DNA of 64,000 nt from Cladosporium halotolerans (lineage: Eukaryota). Below the pieces are notes generated by a model, which saw only the letters and a program-made list of their open reading frames with translations, searched no databases and had not been told where the DNA came from. A program made the translations under genes and the position numbers. Of this stretch, positions 23,879 to 35,371 are shown piece by piece. The stretch lies in the NCBI RefSeq assembly GCF_011745625.1, contig NW_027191489.1, positions 1 through 64,000 on the forward strand. Direction: 5' to 3'. Each line of letters begins with the position of its first letter. Position 1 is the stretch's first letter.

Positions 23879-24712
23879 ATGAGCGCCCAGATCACCCAGC
23901 AAGACCGGATAGCCGTCGCCACGCATCTGCGCCAATGGTCGCTCACCCGAAACGTTCCTCAAATCCAAATTGATCGCATGATCAATGACTTACTTGCTGG
24001 CCATCACGACGAGCAGATTCAGCGAGCAGCAGCTGCGAGCCAACCTCCCTCAACGGAGCAGCAACCGCCAATTGCGAGCCCCGTACCAACATTCAGCTTT
24101 CAAACGCCATTCGGGACGTTCCTCGTACCACAAACTTTAGCACCGGTTGCGATGCCCCATGTACCTCCACTCTTCTCGGTGCCAGCAGTAATTGCGTCAA
24201 ATCAAAGGCCGAGCCTGACATTCCTATCGACTGTCCCAGCACCAGTAACGCTGGTGGCAAGAACAACGGTTCCTGGCAGACGTGAGTCCATCCAGCATAG
24301 CACATCCTACTCCGGTCAGCAAGGCAACATGAGCTTCTCATATAGCTCAAGCAGCACCTCAACGACCTTCCCAGCCTATGTCCATCATGTAATCCGCCCC
24401 ACACCCACGGTCTCCCCGATGCACGCACTCCTACCCGCTCCCTCCATTGCTCCAGCCCCAATACCCCTGGCACCGGCGATTCAGCCGATACCTCAGGTTC
24501 TTCCGCCGCCTCGCATCGCGACGGCGGCTCCTGTTCCCTCTCAAGCGCCATCGCTCCCGGTGCCTGGACTGCAAGTCTCGGCCACCAATAATGCAGCCTT
24601 GCCTCAAGCGCCGCAGAACCCCAGACTAGCTCAGGCGTTTGGACAGCAGCTCAGGCAGCAGACATATTTCAGCAGTCCTCCTGGCCTGCCGGACAGGAGT
24701 GTCCGCCGGTGA
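23879..24712 (+). CDS. Hypothetical Pro/Ser/Gln-rich low-complexity protein
   Basis: About 277 open codons from ATG 23879. Helical-looking N-terminus followed by a Pro-rich tail. No domain recognised and the 3' end is uncertain. Confidence 0.45.
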   Translation: MSAQITQQDRIAVATHLRQWSLTRNVPQIQIDRMINDLLAGHHDEQIQRAAAASQPPSTEQQPPIASPVPTFSFQTPFGTFLVPQTLAPVAMPHVPPLFSVPAVIASNQRPSLTFLSTVPAPVTLVARTTVPGRRESIQHSTSYSGQQGNMSFSYSSSSTSTTFPAYVHHVIRPTPTVSPMHALLPAPSIAPAPIPLAPAIQPIPQVLPPPRIATAAPVPSQAPSLPVPGLQVSATNNAALPQAPQNPRLAQAFGQQLRQQTYFSSPPGLPDRSVRR

Positions 24713-25247
24713 GGCTGTGCGGGTTGCGCAAGAGAACTTGAATCGATCTTGAGCTGGAATTGAGCGAAAGGTTGAGTTGGACTGGAGCCTCTAGTCATCT
24801 GGAAGAATAGCTCTACGATCTGCCTTCCTTTTTGTACATATAGTTACTTAATTGGCACCAATGCAAGCCTCCGGTTGATAATGCTGGACACGTTCACTTA
24901 CCGTGTTCGCTGAATGCAAGCCGGGCTTCCGCCGCCGTTGGATCCCCCGAACGAGAAGCCATTCTGCCCCTGCATCACTACGTCAGCTGACAAGATTGGT
25001 TGGATGAGTCGTGAAGGACAAGACATTACAGCAGCCATAGAAGCTGCGTTCCAGGAAGTCGCGATCACTTTGATGTGCTGGAAAAGGTACGGGTGCTCTG
25101 GGTGGCCGTCGAAGATCCCGGCAGCTGTACAAGTTTGCATGAGGTGCAATGGGCATGTCACCACAAGGGCGAGGAATAGCGAGCGTTTTGATACAAGTCT
25201 CCGGAGCGAGACAACCTAATCCATCACGAATCACGTCACCACACTGT

Positions 25248-27560
25248 TCACAAGACTCCCGAGCCCGCCGCCTTCGGTGTTGCACTGATCGAGCCGTGCG
25301 CGCTGTCGCCTTTGAGGCTTCCGTTCTCCGGAGAAGGCTGCTTGGTAATCTCCTCCTCTTTTTCCACGTCTCCACCATCTCCACTCTCGGTAGTCTCGTT
25401 CATTTCGTCGGGGTTCTGCGTGACCATGGGAGCGTACGGGATATGGCCTTCGTTGCGGCGGTGCGGAGGAATGAAGACGTTAAACCAGCGCGGGACCATA
25501 AAGCCTAGCAGAAAAATGAGGAGCACGACGTGGCCGACGCCGAAGCCAAGAATGTGCAGCGGATTGGTCTTGCCGGAGAGTGGAGTGCCTGACGCGACAA
25601 AATTGGGGTATGAAAAGGAGAAGACGATCGCCAAAACGGGACCGGAGACATATTTGACCAGGGGACCCCAGAAGACAGGGATGTTCCAGTTTTTGCCTGT
25701 GCCAACGATCACGTTCAAGTCGCGGCGAAGTTGCTCGCCCTAAGATGCTTATGTCAGTATATCTCCCTCGACTACATCAATGGTAGAAACTCACGGAATA
25801 GAAGACGAGGTAGAACACCTTCGAGAGGAAGACGTTCGACCCAAACTTCCACGGAGCGCGAATATCAGGCGTCTTCGCAAGGGCCAGTGCAAGAGCGGTG
25901 AAGACAATGAAGATTGCAAAACCAGTAACAGCGCCTGCCCAAGCACTCACGCCTTGGCCGATGGCGCACCCGAGGATCTGGCCAGCAAAGAAGGCAATTT
26001 GGTAGAGGATGAAGGACACCTTCCCGACCTGGCCTTCGACATCTCTCCATCGGTAGACCGTGGTGGAGGTAACGCATTCGGTCCAGACCACAAACACAAG
26101 GGCAACATTGTTAGTCCAGACATCGACTCCATCCAGCAGCCAATATCCGAATTCTGTGCAGTAAGGCAGCGAAAGCGCGAGGGAGAGAAGCGTGAGCGCC
26201 GTCACGACGATGGGGCGAGAATACTTGATGCCGGAGTCCATGGTCAAGGTGACAACTGCGTCAAGCATGGCAAAGGCGGACGAGAAACCGAGTGTCATCA
26301 ATGTAAAGAATAGCAAGACCGCCCAGAAGTTGGCGGCGGGCATCTGTTCGATCGCAGTCGGCAACGTCTGGAAACCGATTGAAAAGCCTCCGACGTCTGG
26401 CACGTCGGGTCCGGGGAACATTCTCGTGAATCCGACAACGCCGTACACGGCGAAGGCGGCAATGTTCTCAAAAGCGACGTTGCTGCCAACGATTGCCATT
26501 GCATCCACAACGGCATTGGAATGCTTCCGATTGTAGGAGGCGTACGAAGTAAAGTAGCCGAAACCAACACCGGTGGAGAAGAAGACTTGACCACATGCAG
26601 TCTGCCAGACTTCACCCTTCGCAAGCTCGGAGCCTCTCCAGGTGGCCCAGAAGTATTTGATACCCTCGCCGGCGTTTTCCAGAGAGACCGATCGCCCGAC
26701 TAGGATAATTGTGACCACGATGGGGAGGCCTTCCGCAACATTAGTCGTGTTTCGCTCAACACTGCCAATCATTCACTTACCCATGGTCCAGTACACAACC
26801 TTTCCTGTCAAGCCGACGCCCTGCGATCGCAAGTTAGAATTGCGCTCTTCCCTTCAATGTAGAATGATCGTACCCTGAAAATACAAATCCAGACCAGGAA
26901 CCAGGTGAAAACCATCCATCCAGTGGTTTCGCCGCTGCGAGCCATTGTCAGCAAACGTTCGAGCACGCAGAGAGCCGGGCTCGGGTCTTGAGCGGCTGTG
27001 ACCTACACCATGCCAACGCCGGGAAATTGAACATAGCCAGTATCATTTCCACCCTCCCCAGGCGGGATCGGATCCTGATTCGCGACTACGTTGGTCATGA
27101 AGTAGTCGGCGGCATCGTCCCGCCAAGGCAGAGGATTGATGAACGACCGGCGGAAGTACGACATGATCCAGGCAAGATTGACGGCAAAATACGGCCCCAC
27201 CACAAATCCAACGTAGATCAGATTAAGTCCCGTGGCCTTCAGGCGGTGATGCATGGTGTTGTACGCGACGACAGAGCCTCCCCGGTACGCTTGGCCAATG
27301 GCGATCTCAAGCATGAGCACGGGAATAGCGATGAGGAAGACGGTCATCAGATACGGGATGAACCATTGTAAACCATAGTTGTTGTACACCTGGGATGGGT
27401 ATCGGATCAAATTTCCCATACCGGCGCAACCTCCCATTGCGGCCAGCAGAAAGGACGCGCGCGACGGCCATTGATCGCGGCCATCAGCAGACTTGTCGGG
27501 CGGCGGCGCAAGCCACCTGCCGACCTTCTTGATGCCGTTCATCGCGGTTGCCATTTCCAA
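25248..27560 (-). CDS. Sodium:neurotransmitter symporter (SLC6/NSS/SNF family), 5 exons
   Basis: DGRDQWPSRASFLLAAMGGCAGMGNLIRYP, LEIAIGQ, WQTACGQVFFSTGVGFG, YASYN, LGFSSAF. Four GT-AG introns join the ORF pieces. Start may be 27542. Confidence 0.92.
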
Positions 27561-28814
27561 TCGCGGGCACGGTCACAATGCAGCCGCAGGTCCAGATCCA
27601 GGTACGTGGGGAAAAGATCGAGCCAAAAAGAGTAAAAGTCCAGACACGTCCGTCAAGGCACCACGAGCAGTTGTGCTTAAATGCGACGGGCGAGCCTGCC
27701 TCTGCGTGGCCATCGTCAGAGCGTAGCTTGGCGACTTACCGAGACCCGGTGTTCTTCTGTTCTTTCTTGCTGACCGGCGGAGCTGCCGACACCCACGACA
27801 GCGGGCCAGGCGGGATCTTCAGCATGGTTGCTTCCGCTGAAATCACGCTGTCGCTGTGGCAAACCTATTGGAAGTAGATCTAGCTGGGTTGAGAGAGGCC
27901 TAGTTCCGACGAAGGAGCGCTAACAATCAAGACGCGAAATGCCATGCAGAAGCCATGGCAAGATGACCTCAAGCCAAGGACAAATGGCACCTGGTGGTGT
28001 TGGGATGCCCAGCGCGGCCGGAGCAGTGTCCTTTGCGTGCCGCTCCAGCAAGATCTCACATCTCGTCAAGACCGGCAATTACCCGCGACTCGCCACCATG
28101 CAGGCCAGGACCAGACGGATGATGATCGTTTGTTGAAGTTGGCAATGGTATGTCAAAGGGTTGTCGGAGATGGCAGCCGTAAGAGCAGCACCAAGTCTCT
28201 AGCCTCTTGGATGCTTGGCACGGCCAGAGCGCCCCCGGCACAGCCAAGTCCGCCCTGCCGTGTCCGCGGCGCATCTGCCCTTGTGCCTCTCTGCCAGCCC
28301 TACCAGATAGACTTGCGAGCTTAATGCACCCACGACCGGCGTCAGTGGCGCTTCGTGCACACAGGACAATCCTAGAAACTCTTCGACGCAGGATTTTGGA
28401 AGTTTAGGGTTTTGATTGTAGATCTTCCAGGCCGTGGTGGGTTGTCGCCGGGGCTCGCCCGACGAAACATCCAAGGAGTCCGAGGCCTTCACAACACTAC
28501 CATCCCAGGAACCACCTGCAAGGGTGCAAGGGTGCCCATGGCCATGCTGTGGCCAGAATATCGAGCGCACATGTCGAAGTCCATGCCGATGAAGCCTCGA
28601 CCAGAGCGGATCGCCTAATGCTTGTCGGCACCGAAGACCTGGCTTGCGGCCAGTGATCAACCACGACTGAGTGCTCAAGCCACGTCTTGTCGAGAAGAAA
28701 GATTCATAAATATCGTTATGTGATCAATGTACTAATTGCGATCCCCAATAAAAGCATCCCATCATACTGTTATTATTGAACCGCCTTTGTATCCATTGTG
28801 GTTCAACAACCAGT

Positions 28815-30128
28815 TCAGAAGGCCTCCGCTTCTTTCATCGGGACCTTGACTGCATTGACGGCGTGCACCTTAGTCACGTTGGTGACCGCAAGTGTCTTTC
28901 CTTCCTCCTCTTTCGGTGGTGTAGTCGCGCGTCCAATCGTCCATCCAATCAGGATCATACGAATGGTGCTCTCAGCGGCATCCGCCAACAATTTCTCCGC
29001 CTGCTCAATCGCGTTCTCAAGGGTGGTCGGCCCCTGTACGATGCTAGCGTAGGCGTGAATGCCGGCTTCATAGTTGACGCCGGCACCCTCGCCAATCGTA
29101 CCAGCCAAAGCCACAACAGGTACACCGTGGATGCGTGCTCGACGTGCAACCTCGCTGGGAATTTTGCCGCGCGGCGTCTGATAGTCAATACCGCCTTCGG
29201 CAGTGACAATGAGGTTGCAACCAGAGATCAATGAGTCGATGTCCAGGAAGCGCATGATGATGTCGTAGCGCGGGTGCAAGGAGGCGCCGATGAGACGAAG
29301 CCCAGCTCCCAGGCCTCCTGATGCACCGCTACCGGGCGCGAATGAGATGTCCTCGCCCAGCGCCGACTTGGCCACAGCGCTGATGCGGTCCATCGCGTGT
29401 GAGAGCTCTTCAACTTCAGTTGGAGACGCACCCTTCTGTGGGCCGAACACACGCGCGACACCCTTCGGGCCGCAAAGCACATTGTGCCAATTGACTGCGG
29501 CATCGATGGTGACTTGTGCCAGGCGTGGGTGCAGGTCGGTAAGGTCGACGCGCGACAAGCTAGGTAGAGCCTTTCCACCAGAAGCTTTTGGCACAAGGCT
29601 GCCGTCAGCATTGTAGAAGCGGGCTCCCAGTGCTTGCGCCATGCCAACACCTCCGTCGCATGTGCCCGAGTCGCCGCAGCCCATAAGAATGTGCTCTGCG
29701 CCGGCGTCAAGGGCCTCCGCGATCAGCTGACCAACACCATAGGTAGTTGTGTACAAGGGGTTCCTCTTGTTTCTGGGGACAAGACTCAACCCTGCCGCCG
29801 CTGCCATCTCAATGACAGCCGTGCCATCCTGGTCACCGCCCAAAAATCCCCAGTGGGATTGAACCATGTCTCCGACAGGGCCAACCACTTCCACGTGATT
29901 GAGCTCTCCATCTGTGGATGTCACCAGAGCTTTGGTGAAACCCTCGCCACCATCCACCAGGGGAGCTTTGTCGATGCTTGCGTGCGGCATCACTCGCTTG
30001 ATGCCAGCTTCAATGCAATCCGCTGCAGTGTTTGGGTCAAGAGACTCCTTGAATCCCGAAGGACAGACCAGGATGCGTGGAGCCTGAGAACGATTCTGGA
30101 AACTGATACGTCTGAAGAGCGCGAACAT
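28815..30128 (-). CDS. Glycerate kinase, class I (GlxK/GarK-type), intronless
   Basis: ILVCPSGFKESL, PLVDGGEG, AVIEMAAAAGL, TTYGVGQLI, GDSGTCDGG, GVARVFGPQKGA, GSGASGGLG, TAEGGIDYQTPRGKIP. Confidence 0.93.
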   Translation of the reverse strand: MFALFRRISFQNRSQAPRILVCPSGFKESLDPNTAADCIEAGIKRVMPHASIDKAPLVDGGEGFTKALVTSTDGELNHVEVVGPVGDMVQSHWGFLGGDQDGTAVIEMAAAAGLSLVPRNKRNPLYTTTYGVGQLIAEALDAGAEHILMGCGDSGTCDGGVGMAQALGARFYNADGSLVPKASGGKALPSLSRVDLTDLHPRLAQVTIDAAVNWHNVLCGPKGVARVFGPQKGASPTEVEELSHAMDRISAVAKSALGEDISFAPGSGASGGLGAGLRLIGASLHPRYDIIMRFLDIDSLISGCNLIVTAEGGIDYQTPRGKIPSEVARRARIHGVPVVALAGTIGEGAGVNYEAGIHAYASIVQGPTTLENAIEQAEKLLADAAESTIRMILIGWTIGRATTPPKEEEGKTLAVTNVTKVHAVNAVKVPMKEAEAF

Positions 30129-31696
30129 ATTGGCTGTTGCCGACGTCGTGAACGTATTGGTGTTAGGCTGATGAAGGTGGGTTGATACGAAACCTCAGAA
30201 CGATCGTATCAGTGTGTAAATGTTGTAGCGACTGAAAGTAGCGAGAGACTAGGTGTTTCGTCTGCTGTGAGACTGATGGTTGATATTCGATGATTGAGAT
30301 GATTATGGCAAAGGTGCCGGCCTGATTCTTATAGCCTCTCGCCTCTGTTCGGACTATCATTCCCATCTCTCAGGATGTTAAAACGCCGAATGAGACGACA
30401 CAACAAAGCCGGCGCAGGCAAAGTTTCCTCAGCGTTGTCTCATTGTTTGATTGTTACTAAAGATGGAGTCACTGCATTGCTCCCGCTCGTTTCAGATCCA
30501 TTCGAGTAACACAGCACGCGAGCGTCGTCATCATTCAGAGATGAAAATGTGTCTAATGACATTGTGGCTGCAGCTGAACCGCGACCTCGGCGAGTGAAAA
30601 GTGACCAGTGCTGCGCCTGCCTCTGGCAAGCAAATGGGCTTCAGCGCGGATCTGACCGCCTGGCACGTGGCGGTCGGGTCTAAATTTGTCCTGCAGCTAT
30701 TACCAGGAAACGCCTCGTAGGGTAGTGACGAGAGATAGGGTGCAACTATTGTCGAGTAGCGCAGGCTGGCCTATGGCGTTCACGCACAGCCTTCCAGTCT
30801 CGAACTTTGTCGTCTCCGCTAGACCGCAGAAGACGTCGATCTCATGGCAAATGTTGCACCTAGGCAAAGGAAAGAGTTCAGGTACGGCCTGCGGCACTCA
30901 AGTGAGGAAACCGAGCACGCGACCCTCGAGACCCAAGAGATAGCCAGTGCCTTGCGCCTCAACTATAATCGTCCAATCTGCTTGCCTGAGGGTGTCATTG
31001 TACTCTTCCAGTGACGCAAGGTCAAGAAAGTCTAAGGATGCCGTGCCTTGAGGCGATCCGGTGTTGGAGGAAGTGCGCTGAGGGCACGTTTGCTCCCTGA
31101 GACAGGCATCAACGTGATCGCTTGCTGTGCTGGCCATCAGTACGGGCTGACCTGCATCTCAGAGCGCAGCAATGCTATTTTGGAGGGAGTTGTCGAATGA
31201 ATGCAGATGGAGAGTCGGACATCCAAGAGATGAGGTGGCTCGGCACGCTCTCGGCACGTGCTCGGCGAGGCGCTCCGCCACCCGAAGACGTAACCTCACC
31301 TCCCGACCTGACCCTCTTGGTGGTCAAAGTCAATGAGGCACTGCCATGTGCTCTGAATCTTAGGAAAATATTCTCCACCACGTGAGAGCGGCTGATCTGC
31401 AAGCATCCGAGGCGCAGTGCATACTTTCTCCCGTGGGCTGGAGTTTCCCACATAGTTCAGCCCGTGGACGCCGCGATGCTGGCTGAGCACACGGAAACGG
31501 CACGGCGCAAGCCACTTTCGACAGCACAGTGACAGCCCAAGCGTTTACGCTCCTCAAGGGGATATGTTGTCGGTGAAAGGTCACGGTATTAAGGCAAGTC
31601 GGTGGCAACCCCGGTGCAAGAGATATCTGCGCCAACACTTTCGTTTAGTTCATCTCAAACCTCCCAGGTTTCCTTCCTGTCGTTCTCATACTTGTC

Positions 31697-33797
31697 ATGT
31701 CTTTCGCTCCAACATCTGAACACAACTCTTATGATGTTGAAAGTAACCCATCCGAAGATCGGCTTTCGAGAGATTCACTTCAGTATACACTTCCCGAGTT
31801 GAATCTCCCAAGCGAGTTGAGGGTGGACGACGTGCTGCGACCTCATGGCATCGAGGCTTACATCGACGAATCTGACTACTCATACGATACCGACTCAGAA
31901 TACGATTTCGAGGACGCCGTCAGTCACTTCAGCCGAGATACTAGCTATGGAGGGATTGACGATCCCACTTTCGAGCAGATCCTCCCATCTGACATCCCCT
32001 TCACATACTCTCAAATACCACGGACTATGACGAACTCGTTCTGGACGCCATCCGCCGACAGACAACAAAGTTTGACCAAACCATCTTCTCGGCGCACTCT
32101 CAGAGCATCGCCCGCCAAACTTGTTCACTCTCCAAGTAGTCGGTCAATTAGGGACCCGAACCTGGTGACCTGGGACTCAACCGATGATCCGGCAAATCCA
32201 CACAACTGGCCTCGACATCGGCGATGGGCTTCTACCATTCTGGTAGCAATGTTCGCGTTCATAGCACCCATGGCGTCGACCATGGTCGCGCCAGCGCTCG
32301 ACACGATAGCAGACGAATTCGACATCGAATCGGACATTGAGCAATTCCTAGTCATGTCGATTTTCTTGCTCGCTTTTGCCATCGGCCCTTTCGTTTGGGG
32401 TCCAATGTCAGAGGTCTTTGGTCGGGTCCGGGTATTGCAGTCCGCGAACCTGATATTTCTCCTCTTCAACACAGTCTGCGGCTTTGCGAAAACCAAGCAG
32501 CAGATGATGGCCTTCAGATTCCTCAGCGGTATCGGCGGAAGCGCTCCGCAAGCCATCGGTGGAGGTATCCTGAGCGACTGCTTCAGAGCAGGGGACCGCG
32601 GAGCGGCCACAGCCATCTACAGTTTGATGCCGTTTTTATCGCCGGCTGTTGCGCCGATCATGGGAGGTTATCTCACACAATTCACTACTTGGAGATGGGT
32701 CTTTTGGGCGACCTCCATCTTCGACCTCGCTGTCCAAGTGGCCTGTGTCTTCTTATTGAAAGAGACTTTCGCACCCGCCATTCTGACTAAGAAAGCAGCC
32801 AAGCTCAAGAAGTTGACAGGCAACAACGAGCTCCACACAAAATGGCAGGGCCCTGACCATTCGATGAAGAAGCTCATCATGAAGAGTCTGGTCCGTCCAC
32901 TGATAATGCTTTTCACTCAGCCCGCCCTGCAGGCTATGGCTCTCTTCCGCGCTTACCAGTACGGCTTGATGTACCTGGTGTTGGCAACATTCAACCGCGT
33001 CTTTGAAGGTGCCTACGACCAGAGCGTTGGTCGTGCAAGTTTGAACTACCTATCTCTGGGTGTCGGCTTCGTAATCGGTCTACAGATTTCTGGCATCATG
33101 CAGGATAAGGTCAGTTGCAATTGTAGCCTTACTTACAACATAAGAACCCTGTCTAATGCTGAAATAGATTTACACTTGGTGTAAAACCCACCAGATCGAC
33201 CCATCTGCCGCGGTCTTTTCGCGCCACACATGGGCTCGCATCCGCATGCTTCGCAATGCAGACAAGACTAACGACCAAAAGTCCCTCTTGACATCCAGCC
33301 CGTCTATCAAGCAAACTTTTGTGATCCCACGTAAACCCCTCCCATCCCGCGGCACCAACCGCAGCCTCACCCACGATCCGACCAAAGGCCTTCCGGAATA
33401 CCGACTTCCGCTGGTCCTCCCCTTCAGCCTTCTTATTCCCATTGGCCTCTTTATCTACGGCTGGTCAGCAGAGAAACAAGTGCACTGGTTCGTGCCAAAC
33501 CTGGGCACCTGCATTTTCGCCATAGGGTTGATCGTCTGCTTCAACTGTGCGCAAGCGTACGTCGTCGACACCTACACGACCTATGCTGCGAGTGCGACGG
33601 GCGCCGCGGCTTTTGTGCGGACCATGGCGGGTTTTTCATTCCCGCTGTTTGCGCCGCGTATGTACGATGTGCTTGGTGTCGGATGGGGCAATAGCTTGCT
33701 GGGTTTCGTGAGTCTGTTCTTGGGGGTGGTTGCACCGCTTACTCTTTGGAGATTTGGAGGCTGGCTGAGGAGCAAGAGCACATACTGCACTGATTGA
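31697..33797 (+). CDS. MFS transporter, DHA1 drug:H+ antiporter-like, 2 exons
   Basis: VTWDSTDDPANPHNWP, GPMSEVFGR, WRWVFW, ETFAP, PEYRLP, YAASATGA. Intron 33110-33167. Confidence 0.92.
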
Positions 33798-34054
33798 TTT
33801 GTGTTTCATTTTCGTGGCGAATTAGCATGGGGCGCAAGGCTGTCTAGGAGGAAGCAGTACAATAAATCTTATTATACGATCAGATGAATATAGAGATTAG
33901 TACCACGAAATAAAGTACGTGAAGCATGATGGCTCCTATTGTCTATATTGGTGATAAATATGTCCGAGGTGTCGTTTAAAGGTTGCTGCGAAAGATGATC
34001 TCGACATTGCGATGTTCTCTGACAACAAACTCTCCCTTCGGATCAGTCTTCTCG

Positions 34055-34600
34055 TCATTCTCCGATGTGTCCCAGACATCTATCATCAGTACGTGAACTC
34101 GGCTCCATTGGAAAGCCCGGGCAAGAAATAGTGAAGCTGTCAGTGCTTGGATTGTCAAATCCATGTGCGAGGCAGAAGTTCTGGGCCTGGTCGCCGTACT
34201 GCGTCTCCCTGCAATCATTCATAGATTTGGCATGAGTGCCGCCCCAATACGACGCAGTGATCTGGTGTGTGCTGAGGTCCAAAGCGCAGACGACTCCCTC
34301 TCCGTGCTGTGTGTAAGGAGCGTCACTCTGTATCGAACCACTCCGCAGGGCAACAATTAGAGATTCACCGAAGAGGAGTTGATTCCGTCCGCCGGATGCG
34401 CCGACGTCGCAGAAGCCTATAACAGTAAGGTTGATTTGAGCACAATCCCTTGCGAATTCCACTAAAGTACCTTGTATGCTGCGTGGAAAAGCGACTCCGT
34501 CCACTTTGGACCGGCAAATTGCTATGTTCACGGCAGAGCCTGCTGTCAAGGTAGTCATGGCCGCGATTAAGGCGATATTTAGAACGGTTTGTCCAAGCAT
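34055..34600 (-). CDS. Small secreted cysteine-rich protein (effector-like)
   Basis: 181 aa, signal-peptide-like MLGQTVLNIALIAAMTTLTAGSA, 8 Cys, no family recognised. Confidence 0.6.
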   Translation of the reverse strand: MLGQTVLNIALIAAMTTLTAGSAVNIAICRSKVDGVAFPRSIQGTLVEFARDCAQINLTVIGFCDVGASGGRNQLLFGESLIVALRSGSIQSDAPYTQHGEGVVCALDLSTHQITASYWGGTHAKSMNDCRETQYGDQAQNFCLAHGFDNPSTDSFTISCPGFPMEPSSRTDDRCLGHIGE

Positions 34601-35371
34601 TTTGGGTGGTTGAGTCGTATGGACCAGTGTATCGGGTGGCAGTATGGAGATCGGTAAGACACTGCTGTAGCTTAGTGGTCAATCCAAAATTGTGCTTTGA
34701 ATGGGAAGAGACAGAAAGGTATCCAGGAAGCAAACGATAATTTATAGAACGCTACCCTCCGGTGACGCGAGGCTGTGAAGTGTTCCAAGACAGCCTCGAA
34801 GTACTTCATGACCCCGTAAGAGGAGTTTGCGACCAACCCGTGAGACCTGCAGGTAGGTATCGGATTCGCGCAGTGATCATGATATTTTCGCAAGGCAGAC
34901 CGGTCAATGTCGCAGCCAAAAGGAAGTCTTAACCTCGGTGACACCAACACCGTTCGCATTCACAGCCTCAAAGACCGTCGCACCGATCACAGCCGCAGCT
35001 GGCATAAGAGCCTTACCGATCCTAAAATTGAGCAGATGCCCAAGCCGATACTTCCGGGACTCAGACTGTGGACGTCATGCGATCTTTTTCAGGCTGCATC
35101 TTTACGCCCTGGCCTTGATCGAGGCAACTGGTATTTGAAACGCCACCTTACACAAGGGCTGCTATTTCGGGCGAGCTGCGGCGCAATCGCAGTGATTACC
35201 GTCGATGGCATGTCGTCTCATGCGACTCCAGATTTTAAGAGGTCAAGGTCCAATGACCAAGCAAGAGACTTTGCGAGCCCAAACGGGAACAGAATGACTC
35301 GACGACACGGTGAGTCTAGCAGCAGCTATTATACATCAAAGTATGTACATCTTCAGATCTTGATACGAGAT

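Noticed and set aside
30700..31137. Two same-frame minus-strand ORFs separated by one TGA (possible pseudogene)
   Set aside because: Short, no family recognised, no convincing splice model; cannot be told from intergenic noise.
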